From a virus (lineage: Duplodnaviria; Heunggongvirae; Uroviricota; Caudoviricetes), in the IMG/VR virus record IMGVR_UViG_2617270943_000002, positions 1 to 36,815 of that record: DNA of 36,815 nt. One strand, written 5' to 3'. The position numbers were made by a program, and so were the translations under genes. Each line of letters begins with the position of its first letter. The first letter of the stretch is position 1. Shown here one piece after another: positions 1 through 8,841 of the stretch. The notes beneath the pieces were generated by a model. That model was not told where the DNA came from, ran no database searches, and saw only the letters and a list, made by a program, of their open reading frames with translations.

Positions 1-1224
1 ATGGCGCTGTCTGATGCGTGGTTGCGTTCAGTCGTTGGAAAGGAACGTGATAAGGTTTTGGTTAAATCCGATCGTGATGGTTTGTCTGTCAGAGTATCAC
101 CGAAAGGTCGCGTAGTGTTCCAATATCGTTATCAATGGGCAGGGAAAGGTGAGCGTCTTGATATCGGAACTTACCCGGCAACTGGATTAAAAGAGGCCAG
201 AGAAGAAGTTATCCGTCTCCGTGGTGAACTCGAGTCAAACCGTAATCCACGATTGGTCAAGCAGGCTGAAAAACGAAAAGCTACTGAAGCCATGACGGTA
301 GAGTCTGTGATCCGTGCCTGGTATGAAGCATATTGTGTAAAAAATAAAAAAGGTTCTGAACAGATACTCCGCTCGTTTGAGCTGCACCTGTTCTCTAAAA
401 TCGGGAATATCCCTCACGATGCAGCTACATTGCATGATTGGTTAGAAGTCCTGGAGCCTCTTAGCACTAAGACTCCAGCAATAGCAGACCGATTGCTAAT
501 TAACGCAAAGCAGGCCCATGTCTGGGCGTATAAGAGAAAGCTCATTGAAACTCGCCCGCTGTCGGATATCACGGGTAAAGATATGGATATCCGTAAAGGT
601 CAGAAGAAACGGTTTCTGACACATGATGAAATTAAAATCCTTTATGCTGCGATCGATGGTTCTCGAATGGTTCCTAAATACCGGGCCTTCATTAAACTAT
701 TGCTTCATTTTGGTTGCCGTAGTTCAGAGCTAATTACTGCCAAGGTGGACGATTTTGATTTCATTAATAAGATATGGACTGTACCACCAGAACGACATAA
801 GACAGGGGATATAACAGGCGAACCGCTAAAGCGGCCCATTATTGAACCGGTTGAAGAGCTTATAAAATACGTTATCTCTATGAACAACGGTTCCGATATG
901 CTTTTTACTAAGGAAGGAAGCAGGGAACCAGTTGGTCGGACATCATTGCAGTCGCTGCCTTACAATTTAATGCAGTACGCATGGCGGCGTTTGGGGTATC
1001 AATTTCCTCATTGGTCTCTTCATGATTTGAGACGAACAGCACGAACAAACTTTTCTGATCTTACTGCGCCTCATATTGCAGAAATAATGCTAGGTCATAA
1101 ACTGCCAGGGGTATGGCAAGTTTATGACAAGAGCGATTATCTAGAAGAACAGCGTAAAGCCTACCAGGCATGGTGGGGGAGAGTTGAATCGATTGTTACT
1201 TGTACTAACTCAGACTCTAACTGA
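1..1224 (+). CDS. int: Tyrosine site-specific integrase, P4/IntA-like (407 aa)
   Basis: N-terminal arm-binding-type motif (GLSVRVSPKGRVVFQYRYQWAGKGERLDIGTYPATGLKEAREE), C-terminal catalytic region with HDLRRTARTN and a downstream Tyr; ORF runs 1..1224. Confidence 0.85.
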   Translation: MALSDAWLRSVVGKERDKVLVKSDRDGLSVRVSPKGRVVFQYRYQWAGKGERLDIGTYPATGLKEAREEVIRLRGELESNRNPRLVKQAEKRKATEAMTVESVIRAWYEAYCVKNKKGSEQILRSFELHLFSKIGNIPHDAATLHDWLEVLEPLSTKTPAIADRLLINAKQAHVWAYKRKLIETRPLSDITGKDMDIRKGQKKRFLTHDEIKILYAAIDGSRMVPKYRAFIKLLLHFGCRSSELITAKVDDFDFINKIWTVPPERHKTGDITGEPLKRPIIEPVEELIKYVISMNNGSDMLFTKEGSREPVGRTSLQSLPYNLMQYAWRRLGYQFPHWSLHDLRRTARTNFSDLTAPHIAEIMLGHKLPGVWQVYDKSDYLEEQRKAYQAWWGRVESIVTCTNSDSN

Positions 1225-1271
1225 TAGGATAGTTTACGTAGCTAGAACGCAATAGGATATGACGATCTGCT

Positions 1272-1300
1272 TTGAGCAAGTAGTTGATATCACGTACAAT
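1272..1300 (+). promoter_or_regulatory. Sigma70-like promoter candidate for the 870-aa cargo gene (-35 TTGAGC, 17-bp spacer, -10 TACAAT), overlapped by a short inverted repeat ATCAC-N7-GTGAT
   Basis: TTGAGC at 1272-1277 and TACAAT at 1295-1300 read directly; inverted repeat atcacgtacaatgtgat overlaps the -10. Confidence 0.35.
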
Positions 1301-1332
1301 GTGATCTTTATCGAATAATACACGAGGTGAAA

Positions 1333-3939
1333 ATGAATAAGTTATTCATAAATCATATCAACGAAAATTATATTCAGATAAGTCATCGTTCATCTTTTAA
1401 TTGCAATACTGAATTGTTTAACGCAACTGTATCAGTTGGTAAGTCGCTTGAGGATTTAATCTGCGCTTGTCGGTCTCTGAGTATAGAAGGTGCGGATGGT
1501 AACAATTTAAGCATTATAACTAGCAGCCTGAAGAAAAAACTAAGAGAGCTTGTTGTTACAAATTTTCCCTTAACAAAAGTCTACCAACAAACAGAATTTG
1601 GTCCTGGAGTAAAACAAGAAGAAATCAACTCATCTTCTATGATAATTCAAATATTTCAATTTTACCTAGGGGCGATATCTAATTGTGATATCATATTACA
1701 TCTCAAATTTTTTGTTGAAAGCCTTTCTATTACGGAGTCATTTGTTGGCAAACCCCCAAAAACTCTTTTACATGAATATTTCCAAAGACATCAACACATA
1801 ATTCCTACATACAAAACCACCTTGGCTGGTGGGACCGAGCATGCACCAATATATGAGTCTGAAATAGCACTTCCTAATGGACAGATATTTATCGGAAGTG
1901 GTGAGAGTAAAAAAAAAGCAGAGAATAATGTTGCCAGTTTAGTTTGCAATCATTTGAATTTGAAAAACAATAAAAAACAAATATTAAAATCTAATAGTAT
2001 TATTTCAGCATGGGGTGGCGTACAGAAACCGAATGTTAAAGAGTGTTACATCAACAATGAATTGAACATGGCTTTTGGTTTTTCAAATAACTTTAATTCA
2101 ATCCAGGCTTTTATACCCCCTAGAATAAAGGGTAAAAATAGATCTATAAGTTCGCACAGAGATCTCGCTACTTTAGGTTCGCATTATATTTCCTTACTAG
2201 CTTCAGTAAGCCTACTTGAGATAATAAAAAATGGACAGAATGTTATTGACAGAACTACGTTAGGGATCATGGTGTTATCTGAAAAAAACTTTATGAGATT
2301 CTATAACTCAGGTTTTATTTCAATAGATTCTCTCCCCTATAAAGGACATCCAGATTATACAACTATATCTTATTATGTAGATTGTATTCAGGCATTGTTT
2401 GGAATGTCTCTTCTAAATCTGATAACTAAAAATAGTAAAATTCAATATAATGAGTTAATTTGCTCTTCCTCTGCAACAAATTGGTTGTACAAAAGAATAA
2501 AAAACTATAATTTGGATGAAGAATCTAATAAAGATATTATACCGACACTGACTTTGCATAGAATGCAAAAATACGGATTTGTATTTAAACTTATAAAAAA
2601 TCTAGATGTATATCAGCTTGAAATAGCTCATATTCGTAATGGGGATAATTTTGTTATCTATGCAGATCCTCTAATTCAAACAAGAAAAGATGCGATGACT
2701 AGGCTTGCGGGAAGTTGCCTTAAAGCATTGGATAGACTTGAAGGTGTGTTTCTCGAACCTCCTAGGTCTGAAGATTCTAAAAAAAATCAAAAAAAATTGA
2801 TTTCATACTTACTTCGTAATATATCAGAAGACAGGCCAGTGGTCTTAAGTGAAGAGCAACTCTCCGTAATATCAAAGAAAAAAAATGAATACGTACAATA
2901 TGACTTTGATATGCTTAAAGAAAAATTCTTGTCACAAGAAATGAATTACCTTGAAGCTTCAGTTATATTATTTTTACTCCACCAAAAATTAATGTTGGTG
3001 GACGACAGCATTGATAATATTTGCTATCTATCGCTACCTATTTGGAGTGATCAAAATTCTCTTGACTACGATAATTTTAATGATTCATCTGCAGATGCAG
3101 ATGCAGATGCAGATAATCATGTAAATATAAATTTTATTCTGGATTCCATTGAAGATTCCCAAGAAAAACAGTATATAAACTATGATAGCGCCGCTAAAGC
3201 CAGCAGTTTGGGTGAGATTTTATCAAGATATGATAGGTTAAATGCAGATTGTTTATCTCAATTATGGGATAAAAGGAAAAGTAGTTTTAAATACATTGAA
3301 GAAGCTGCAATAGTGCTCTCTAAAATTCGTTATGAGCGAGGATTAGATTTTAAGTTAATGAGTTACAAAAATTTTCTATCTACCAGCATGATTAAAGAAC
3401 TTCAACTTCCATCGTTTGATGAAGAAAACTCAAAACCCTTACAAATAAAGTCAGATTTACAGCTTGCAAAAGTAAAAAAACAATCTAAAAAAATATTTAG
3501 TGCTACTGAAAAATTTGATTTTTCAACAGCAGGGAGTTTTAAAATAAATAACTCTGATGAACGAAAGGTTATAAATAGAAACGTCACGATACGTATAGGT
3601 CAAAGCGACTTCAGAAATAAACTGATAAACGTTTGGGGGCAATGTGCCTTTACTGGGTGCAAAACAATAGCAGTACTTGATGCAGCTCATATTTATCCTT
3701 ACAGAGGAGATAAGGATAATCATATAAAAAATGGCTTGTTATTGCGTACTGATATACATCGTCTCTTTGATAACTATCTAATATCTATTGACCCAGCGAC
3801 TTTAAGGATTCACGTAAGTGATATGGTGCGCGATAGGTACTATCAGGAGCTGAATGGTGTCCTATTGAGGGACAAGGTTGGGTTGTCTATGCAAGCTCTA
3901 GAATACCATTGGTTTTATTTTACATCACAGGGTGATTAG
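1333..3939 (+). CDS. Large AT-rich protein with a dsRBD-like region (approx. aa 143-212) and a C-terminal HNH nuclease domain; function unknown, candidate defense nuclease
   Basis: ORF 1327(GTG)/1333(ATG)..3939 with GAGGTG RBS just upstream; dsRBM-like motif PPKTLLHEYFQ...PTYK...GGTEHAPIYESEIALPNGQIFIGSGESKKKAENNVASLV; HNH_2-like motif CAFTGCKTIAVLDAAHIYPYRGDKDNHIKNGLLLRTDIHRLFDNYLISIDP near the C-terminus; codon composition very AT-rich relative to the flanking phage genes. Confidence 0.6.
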   Translation: MNKLFINHINENYIQISHRSSFNCNTELFNATVSVGKSLEDLICACRSLSIEGADGNNLSIITSSLKKKLRELVVTNFPLTKVYQQTEFGPGVKQEEINSSSMIIQIFQFYLGAISNCDIILHLKFFVESLSITESFVGKPPKTLLHEYFQRHQHIIPTYKTTLAGGTEHAPIYESEIALPNGQIFIGSGESKKKAENNVASLVCNHLNLKNNKKQILKSNSIISAWGGVQKPNVKECYINNELNMAFGFSNNFNSIQAFIPPRIKGKNRSISSHRDLATLGSHYISLLASVSLLEIIKNGQNVIDRTTLGIMVLSEKNFMRFYNSGFISIDSLPYKGHPDYTTISYYVDCIQALFGMSLLNLITKNSKIQYNELICSSSATNWLYKRIKNYNLDEESNKDIIPTLTLHRMQKYGFVFKLIKNLDVYQLEIAHIRNGDNFVIYADPLIQTRKDAMTRLAGSCLKALDRLEGVFLEPPRSEDSKKNQKKLISYLLRNISEDRPVVLSEEQLSVISKKKNEYVQYDFDMLKEKFLSQEMNYLEASVILFLLHQKLMLVDDSIDNICYLSLPIWSDQNSLDYDNFNDSSADADADADNHVNINFILDSIEDSQEKQYINYDSAAKASSLGEILSRYDRLNADCLSQLWDKRKSSFKYIEEAAIVLSKIRYERGLDFKLMSYKNFLSTSMIKELQLPSFDEENSKPLQIKSDLQLAKVKKQSKKIFSATEKFDFSTAGSFKINNSDERKVINRNVTIRIGQSDFRNKLINVWGQCAFTGCKTIAVLDAAHIYPYRGDKDNHIKNGLLLRTDIHRLFDNYLISIDPATLRIHVSDMVRDRYYQELNGVLLRDKVGLSMQALEYHWFYFTSQGD
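3091..3114 (+). repeat. Hexanucleotide microsatellite (GCAGAT)x4 inside the 870-aa ORF, encoding ADADADAD
   Basis: gcagatgcagatgcagatgcagat read directly. Confidence 0.9.
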
Positions 3940-3997
3940 TAATCTTGATAAGCTATCCAACCATTAAAATACCAAGAAGTAATTAACATCCACTTAT

Positions 3998-4059
3998 GGC
4001 ACAGAGTAGACAGTCAGATTAGGTTTAGCTCTGTGCCATAGATGTGTTAGCTCACATCT
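3998..4059. terminator. Two inverted repeats between the convergent 870-aa gene and xis; possible bidirectional terminator region
   Basis: ggcacagag...ctctgtgcc (3998-4037, long loop) and agatgtg-ttagct-cacatct (4040-4059); no strong T-run, so weak call. Confidence 0.3.
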
Positions 4060-4072
4060 GAACTAATACGTA

Positions 4073-4267
4073 TTACTCAATAACTCCCGCAAACCTGTAT
4101 ATCTTGTGTGATGCCCATTTATTGGGGCAGGATTTAATATCAGGATCTGGAAAGTCAGGCCTATATTTCTGGCCAGTTCTCCTGTTTACGCTGTTCCAGC
4201 GAAGAACTGTCGATACTGAAACGCCACAGAAGTCGGCGACTTGTTTAGTTGTCATTAAGTTGTTCAT
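4073..4267 (-). CDS. xis: AlpA/Xis-family excisionase-like DNA-binding protein (64 aa)
   Basis: Small HTH protein MNNLMTTKQVADFCGVSVSTVLRW... with the DFPxP...K.W motif typical of AlpA/Xis-family proteins; last gene of the leftward operon. Confidence 0.65.
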   Translation of the reverse strand: MNNLMTTKQVADFCGVSVSTVLRWNSVNRRTGQKYRPDFPDPDIKSCPNKWASHKIYRFAGVIE

Positions 4268-4887
4268 TACTTCACCTCCTGCGGTGGCTCCGGTAGCGGC
4301 ATCCAGTGGGTTACTTTCAATGCCGGTTCTTCCCCATCGTCAGTAACTGCCCACCATTTGTTTCTCGAACAATCGTAATACCCTTCGAAGGTATCGCACT
4401 CAGTCCAGCCGTAAGACTTACCCCAACACCAAACATATTGTTTATCGTTCGGCATTCGCTCACTACAGCTTATCCAACCATCCGGAGTTACCGGAGAGTT
4501 GCCAGACAGCTTGTTCAACTTGTAAGTCTGGCTTACAGGTTTGACACCGTGAAGCATGGTGGTGCGGCAGGCGTTCCAGCCTTCATCAAAACCGACTATG
4601 CCATTATTTAAAGTCGGACGAGCATCTGGCACCACCGGCACTGGCTTGGCTATATATAGCGGCTGAACATACCAGCCCTTTGATAACCAACTGTCAGCAA
4701 TGTTTTTACTCCTGGTTATTGCTGGAATACCTAAGCCATTGTCTGAATGTAGCCATGCCACCGGCTCCTCTTCCAGCGATGCCAGAGCAATTTCATAAGC
4801 ACGGCGCTCAATATCGTCTCGAACCTCCAGGCTGCTGATACGCTCTTTGATTTCTTTAATCAGTTCTTTATCGGTAAATGTGGTCAT
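4267..4887 (-). CDS. Phage early protein with C-terminal DUF551-like domain (206 aa)
   Basis: C-terminal W/C-rich motif WISCSERMPNDKQYVWCWG...THWMPLPEPP; start overlaps the stop of the upstream gene (operon coupling). Confidence 0.55.
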   Translation of the reverse strand: MTTFTDKELIKEIKERISSLEVRDDIERRAYEIALASLEEEPVAWLHSDNGLGIPAITRSKNIADSWLSKGWYVQPLYIAKPVPVVPDARPTLNNGIVGFDEGWNACRTTMLHGVKPVSQTYKLNKLSGNSPVTPDGWISCSERMPNDKQYVWCWGKSYGWTECDTFEGYYDCSRNKWWAVTDDGEEPALKVTHWMPLPEPPQEVK

Positions 4888-5249
4888 TATGCTCCAGCCT
4901 CCGGTGCTTTTGGCATTACTGCCCAGTGAGTGATATTGACGCTTTCAATGTCCCCGACCTGAAATGTCCACTGCCATTCTCCGGTTTCTTTTTGTCCCCA
5001 GGTGTACCAGAGAGAACGCCAGCCAATCAGCCAGCCTTCTCCGTTAGCATCAAATAACAGAACACTTTCATTTGCTGGTGGTAGTTCAGCTGACACTGGT
5101 ATTATTTTGTTTTCCAGTGCCGCACATTTAGCTTCAAGCGCATCGAATTTACGTACCAGGTACTCAGCATTTGTTTCGTTCACTTTCAGATCTCGCGGTA
5201 CACATTTCCCGCGAAGAAACCCTTCCATTTCGAAAACATTCATGCGCAT
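4887..5249 (-). CDS. Hypothetical phage early protein, DUF551-like C-terminus (120 aa)
   Basis: ORF with C-terminal ...NITHWAVMPKAPEA resembling the neighbouring gene's C-terminus; tightly packed in the operon. Confidence 0.5.
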   Translation of the reverse strand: MRMNVFEMEGFLRGKCVPRDLKVNETNAEYLVRKFDALEAKCAALENKIIPVSAELPPANESVLLFDANGEGWLIGWRSLWYTWGQKETGEWQWTFQVGDIESVNITHWAVMPKAPEAGA

Positions 5250-5776
5250 TTGCGTAACTCCGATAACTCGTTAAAACGTTCCATAAACATCCCGTAGGCA
5301 TGGCCTGGAGCCAGTGGAATCACTTTGAACATCTCTGTTGCCGGGATACCTTCCAATACAGGCCAGAAAGAGCCATCATCAAGTCCGAGATCGCGGCGTT
5401 CGGTTGCCAGCATGATGAGATCGGCATATTTCACTGGCGTGCTCATAACCGGGGGTAACCCGTATTTCTCACGGATTACGGCGTCTATTTTTTCTTCCAT
5501 CCGTTTATAGTCAGGAAGAAGGCGTTTCAGTGGTGCGGGAATGTCCTGGCAATACGCTTCTGTTGCATCATGCATTAACGCTTCAAAAGCAAATTCCTGC
5601 GGCACCAGCTGGCTGCAAAGAACCGCATGTTGGGCGACGCTGTAGAAGTGCGAAAGATGACCGGCAAAGCGACAGATATTTGAAAGGGAAACCGCGATAT
5701 CGTTAATATCGATGTCGTCTTTATTTATCTTGTCATAATAAAAATGCTTCCCGGAAAAAGTTTTAATAAATGACAT
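5240..5776 (-). CDS. HD-domain phosphohydrolase (5'-deoxynucleotidase-like, YfdR-type)
   Basis: HD motif (...AQHAV...LMHDATEAY...); start chosen at ATG 5776 (MSFIKTF...) preceded by GGAGA RBS; the track ORF extends to 5803. Confidence 0.65.
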   Translation of the reverse strand: MSFIKTFSGKHFYYDKINKDDIDINDIAVSLSNICRFAGHLSHFYSVAQHAVLCSQLVPQEFAFEALMHDATEAYCQDIPAPLKRLLPDYKRMEEKIDAVIREKYGLPPVMSTPVKYADLIMLATERRDLGLDDGSFWPVLEGIPATEMFKVIPLAPGHAYGMFMERFNELSELRKCA

Positions 5777-5903
5777 TTTGTTCTCCACGTATATGCACTG
5801 CACCGCGCTGAATTCTGGTAAAAGGAAGCCCTCACCATTCGGTGATTATTGAGTTAATTACGTTTCCATAAATGCCCCCGCAGGGGCATTTGCAGTAATG
5901 AAA

Positions 5904-6728
5904 TCAGGCGGTGAAAGTACCAATAAAGGTTTCTACTTTGCTGTCTTTGAATTTCTCAACAAGCAGATCACGAAATTCGTTAGCCATTTCTTCCTGCACC
6001 GCTTCCAGCTGAATAATGCGCAGAACCAGTACAGGACGATCGCCAGTGATAATGCTGAGGCGTAATTTAAACGGACGTTCTTTCAGACCTTCAAACGGAA
6101 CGCATTTAAATTCAAATGCCACTGGCATAATGTCTTTGGTCTTCGCTTCGACAGACTCCATCAGGGAGCGTTTGCCGCTGAAGTCATTATCTTCAAAATC
6201 AGCGGTCTGGTTCGCTTCAATTGTGATTTTACGGATCGCCGCAGCCGCTTTGGTTGCCTGAATGGCGTCACCATTAGCATCAAAGCCCACAAGGTAGTCG
6301 GCCCAGTCTTCAATCCATTCTGCTAGTGACTTCTGGGAGTTACGCTCGCCGTTAACAGACAACAGGGCAGAGAACGGTGCTGTCTTTTTCAGTTTGAGAG
6401 TGGCGGTGTTATCTGCGTGACCTGGTTCATCAATAGTACCCAGGTTAAGCACACTGATGGCTCGCATATTATCGGCATCGATAAAGCAGCGGGTGCCTTC
6501 ATCTGCAAGATCTTTAGAATAACGGGTAAAGTCATCAATGCTGGCAGTGGAAAGCGCACCACGGAAACGGAAGCGATTTAAATTAAATTTTTCCAGATCA
6601 TGAATGCGGAAATTCTCAGGCAATGCCACAGCATCGGCACCAATCTTACTGATAATTTCATTAACATCCTGAGCAGAAATAAGAGCATGGATTTGATTAA
6701 TTGCGGTTGCGTCTAAGTTCTGAGACAT
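5904..6728 (-). CDS. DUF2303/YfdQ-like conserved prophage protein (274 aa)
   Basis: 274-aa ORF in the early-left operon; family assignment is from recalled similarity to CPS-53-type prophage proteins, not verified. Confidence 0.5.
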   Translation of the reverse strand: MSQNLDATAINQIHALISAQDVNEIISKIGADAVALPENFRIHDLEKFNLNRFRFRGALSTASIDDFTRYSKDLADEGTRCFIDADNMRAISVLNLGTIDEPGHADNTATLKLKKTAPFSALLSVNGERNSQKSLAEWIEDWADYLVGFDANGDAIQATKAAAAIRKITIEANQTADFEDNDFSGKRSLMESVEAKTKDIMPVAFEFKCVPFEGLKERPFKLRLSIITGDRPVLVLRIIQLEAVQEEMANEFRDLLVEKFKDSKVETFIGTFTA

Positions 6729-6793
6729 AATAAGTCCTCACTATATAAAGATATTCAGTGATGAGATAAATAATCAGTTAATTAAGAACGATA

Positions 6794-7156
6794 TTAATGA
6801 CCTGCTGCGCGGAGTTTTCCGTCAGGTTCACCGGCAAGAGTCAGTAATTGTCCCTGGTCTTCCTGCAGAATAGTCAGGCGACCACCGCGATTGACATACA
6901 TCGGTGTTTCGGTGGTGTCTTCTTCAGAAATTTTCCCGCGGTTAGTCGGGCGAACATATGAGAGTTTGTGTTTGATTTTCACACGGTTCTCATCAAATGG
7001 TTCGATTTCCAGGTTGAGTGAGACCTTACCTTTGGTTTTCGTGTTCATCACACCGGAAGCGACTTCACTGAGAACTGCGCCGATTTTGGTTTCAAATACG
7101 CCGCCGTCCAGCTCCCCGATAAATGCCTGCACATCAGTACTGCGTTCGCTAGCCAT
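6794..7156 (-). CDS. Hypothetical early protein (120 aa); first gene of the leftward operon
   Basis: ATG at 7156 preceded by GAGGAG RBS (MASERSTDVQAFIGELDGG...); the longer track ORF (to 7342) lacks an RBS. Confidence 0.5.
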   Translation of the reverse strand: MASERSTDVQAFIGELDGGVFETKIGAVLSEVASGVMNTKTKGKVSLNLEIEPFDENRVKIKHKLSYVRPTNRGKISEEDTTETPMYVNRGGRLTILQEDQGQLLTLAGEPDGKLRAAGH

Positions 7157-7771
7157 TTTGCTGCTCCTCATCATATCGACCCTGCAAGGCCGATTAGTTT
7201 CTCCACAAAACAGAGAAGAACACCTGCGGTGGCTGCCGCCCGGATGGATTGGGTTATGAGCCCGTCGTCCGGTGATGCTCTTCTCTGTTTTGTAAAAAGA
7301 GCGGTACCAGCCGGAAGCAAGTGTACAAACTGGTACCGCCAAAGCAGTGGCTGTTGTGGTGACCGGTGCTGATCTCCGGCTTGCGGTTATTTCAGACTCT
7401 CACGGGCGTTTAATTGCCCCGCCGAACAGCTCTTTTCCGCAATAGCTGCAATGTCTTTCGCGCATCAGTCTGCGCATTCACCACAACGCTGAGAGCACTT
7501 AGCCAGTTACGGCACCACACTTTGTCGCGGTTCCATAAATGCCCTCATCGTTGCACCCTGGTCTCTTCCCAGGCGTCAAACCGAATCGCCACGCTGGTTA
7601 GGCGTCTTATCAGCATCATCATTGACTTGCACATTCCGGCTACCTGGTTTGTTTGCTCGAGCAAGGAGTGGATTGTCCCCTTTAACGTCACCAGACCGCT
7701 AACGACGCATGTGCCATACGCCGTGTTACAACCAAATTTTGTTTTAATCTTGCCTGTGTTATGTTTCTTTT

Positions 7772-7799
7772 AGATACATTATGTATCTCATGGGTACAT
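7772..7799. promoter_or_regulatory. Operator-like palindromes downstream of cI (candidate OL/early-left promoter region)
   Basis: Perfect 17-bp palindrome AGATACATTATGTATCT (7772-7788) overlapping ATGTATCTCATGGGTACAT (7781-7799), which shares ATGTAT...GGTACAT arms with a site in the cI-cro intergenic region. Confidence 0.45.
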
Positions 7800-7808
7800 T
7801 GTCAAGTA

Positions 7809-7832
7809 TAAAAAAACCTGCCGAAGCAGGTT
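7809..7832 (-). terminator. Rho-independent terminator following cI on the minus strand
   Basis: Stem AACCTGC/GCAGGTT with loop CGAA; on the minus strand it is followed by a T-run (A-run 7809-7816 on the plus strand); sits just 3' of the cI stop codon. Confidence 0.6.
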
Positions 7833-7844
7833 CATAAATATTGA

Positions 7845-8519
7845 TTAGGCCTTTATTGTGTATCTTCTTGGTTTTCCCGAGAAAATCACTGTACCAATTA
7901 TAGAGCAATTACCGTTAATCTTAATGTAAGGCTCAGGCCAGTTTGGGTTTAATGCTTTGAGATAACGCTGTGTTCCATCTTCTATCAATCGCTTGAAGGT
8001 GGTTTCGCCTGTATCGTGCATCAATGCAATAACGTCGTCACCGTGGCAGGCAGGGACTTCGGGATCAACAAAAATCATGTCTCCAGGGCGGTACTCATCA
8101 ATCATTGAATCACCAATCACCCGCAAGATATAAGTCATTTCGCCACAGGGTACAGGGCAGGGATACGTTTCTGCTGTGCTCAAATCAACCTCAGAATAGC
8201 CAACTTCTTTCCATGCTCCGGCCTGTACCCATGATATGACAGGGACTAACGTTATTTGTTTGTTAGTGATTGAAACATCAGGTTTTTTTGTGATGTTCGT
8301 TGTCTGGTGTTCTTGATCAAGCCATCCGACAGGCAGGTCGAAACATTTTTCGATGTGCCGTGCCATGCTGTCACCGATATTTTTAGTAGCGCCATCCCCC
8401 ATAAACCTGCTGGTTTGGGTTGGCTCGCGATCAATCATGGTGGCAAAGGATGAATTTCCGCCAACACCATCTCTCAGTTTTCTGGCGTTAGACCGCCGGA
8501 TGTCATGGATTGTTTTCAT
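7845..8519 (-). CDS. cI: CI-type repressor (N-terminal HTH, C-terminal S24/LexA-like autopeptidase domain)
   Basis: 224 aa; C-terminal domain contains a GDSM motif consistent with the S24 peptidase Ser; divergent from the cro-like gene across an operator-bearing intergenic region. Confidence 0.8.
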   Translation of the reverse strand: MKTIHDIRRSNARKLRDGVGGNSSFATMIDREPTQTSRFMGDGATKNIGDSMARHIEKCFDLPVGWLDQEHQTTNITKKPDVSITNKQITLVPVISWVQAGAWKEVGYSEVDLSTAETYPCPVPCGEMTYILRVIGDSMIDEYRPGDMIFVDPEVPACHGDDVIALMHDTGETTFKRLIEDGTQRYLKALNPNWPEPYIKINGNCSIIGTVIFSGKPRRYTIKA

Positions 8520-8535
8520 AACGAAATTAAAACCT

Positions 8536-8604
8536 TTGTACCGATAAGGTACAAGTATCTTGAAGGTTCATTTCAATCATGTAATATGTATACCGGAGGT
8601 ACAT
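8536..8604. promoter_or_regulatory. OR-like operator region: two 19-bp imperfect palindromes between cI and cro
   Basis: TTGTACCGATAAGGTACAA (8536-8554; 7-bp inverted arms) and ATGTATACCGGAGGTACAT (8586-8604); the GGTACA arm recurs at the site left of cI. Confidence 0.5.
8560..8587 (+). promoter_or_regulatory. PR-like promoter for cro (-35 TTGAAG, 16-bp spacer, -10 TAATAT)
   Basis: Hexamers read directly; the second operator palindrome overlaps the -10 and predicted start site. Confidence 0.45.
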
Positions 8605-8609
8605 ATTGT

Positions 8610-8810
8610 ATGAAAGCGTATTGGGACTCTTTAACCAAAGAACAGCAGGGCGAGTTGGCCGGAAAAGTTGGCTCAACACCTGGCTACTTACGGCTGGTTT
8701 TCAATGGTTATAAAAAAGCCAGTTTTGTGCTGGCGAAAAAACTTGAGCAATGCACGTCAGGTGCAATTACGAAATCTGACTTAAGACCGGATATCTATCC
8801 GAAAGATTAA
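8610..8810 (+). CDS. cro: Cro-like HTH regulator (66 aa)
   Basis: ATG 8610 preceded by GGAGG; small protein MKAYWDSLTKEQQGELAGKVGSTPGYLRLVFNGYKK... divergent from cI. Confidence 0.6.
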   Translation: MKAYWDSLTKEQQGELAGKVGSTPGYLRLVFNGYKKASFVLAKKLEQCTSGAITKSDLRPDIYPKD

Positions 8811-8841
8811 CAGAACACCTTCAATTTTTAACCACAGAACG

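Noticed and set aside
4104-4611. Plus-strand ORFs 4104..4346 and 4306..4611 overlapping xis and the DUF551 gene
   Set aside because: Antisense to a compact, translationally coupled minus-strand operon; no RBS and low-complexity translations.
6794-7342. Extended 182-aa version of the first leftward gene starting at 7342
   Set aside because: The N-terminal extension is Cys/Arg-rich with no RBS; the internal ATG at 7156 has a GAGGAG RBS, so the shorter gene is preferred.
7414-7773. Plus-strand 119-aa ORF in the region left of cI
   Set aside because: Lies in the wrong orientation for the early-left operon, has no RBS, and its sequence looks non-protein-like (Arg/Ser/Leu-rich); more likely a regulatory/non-coding region.
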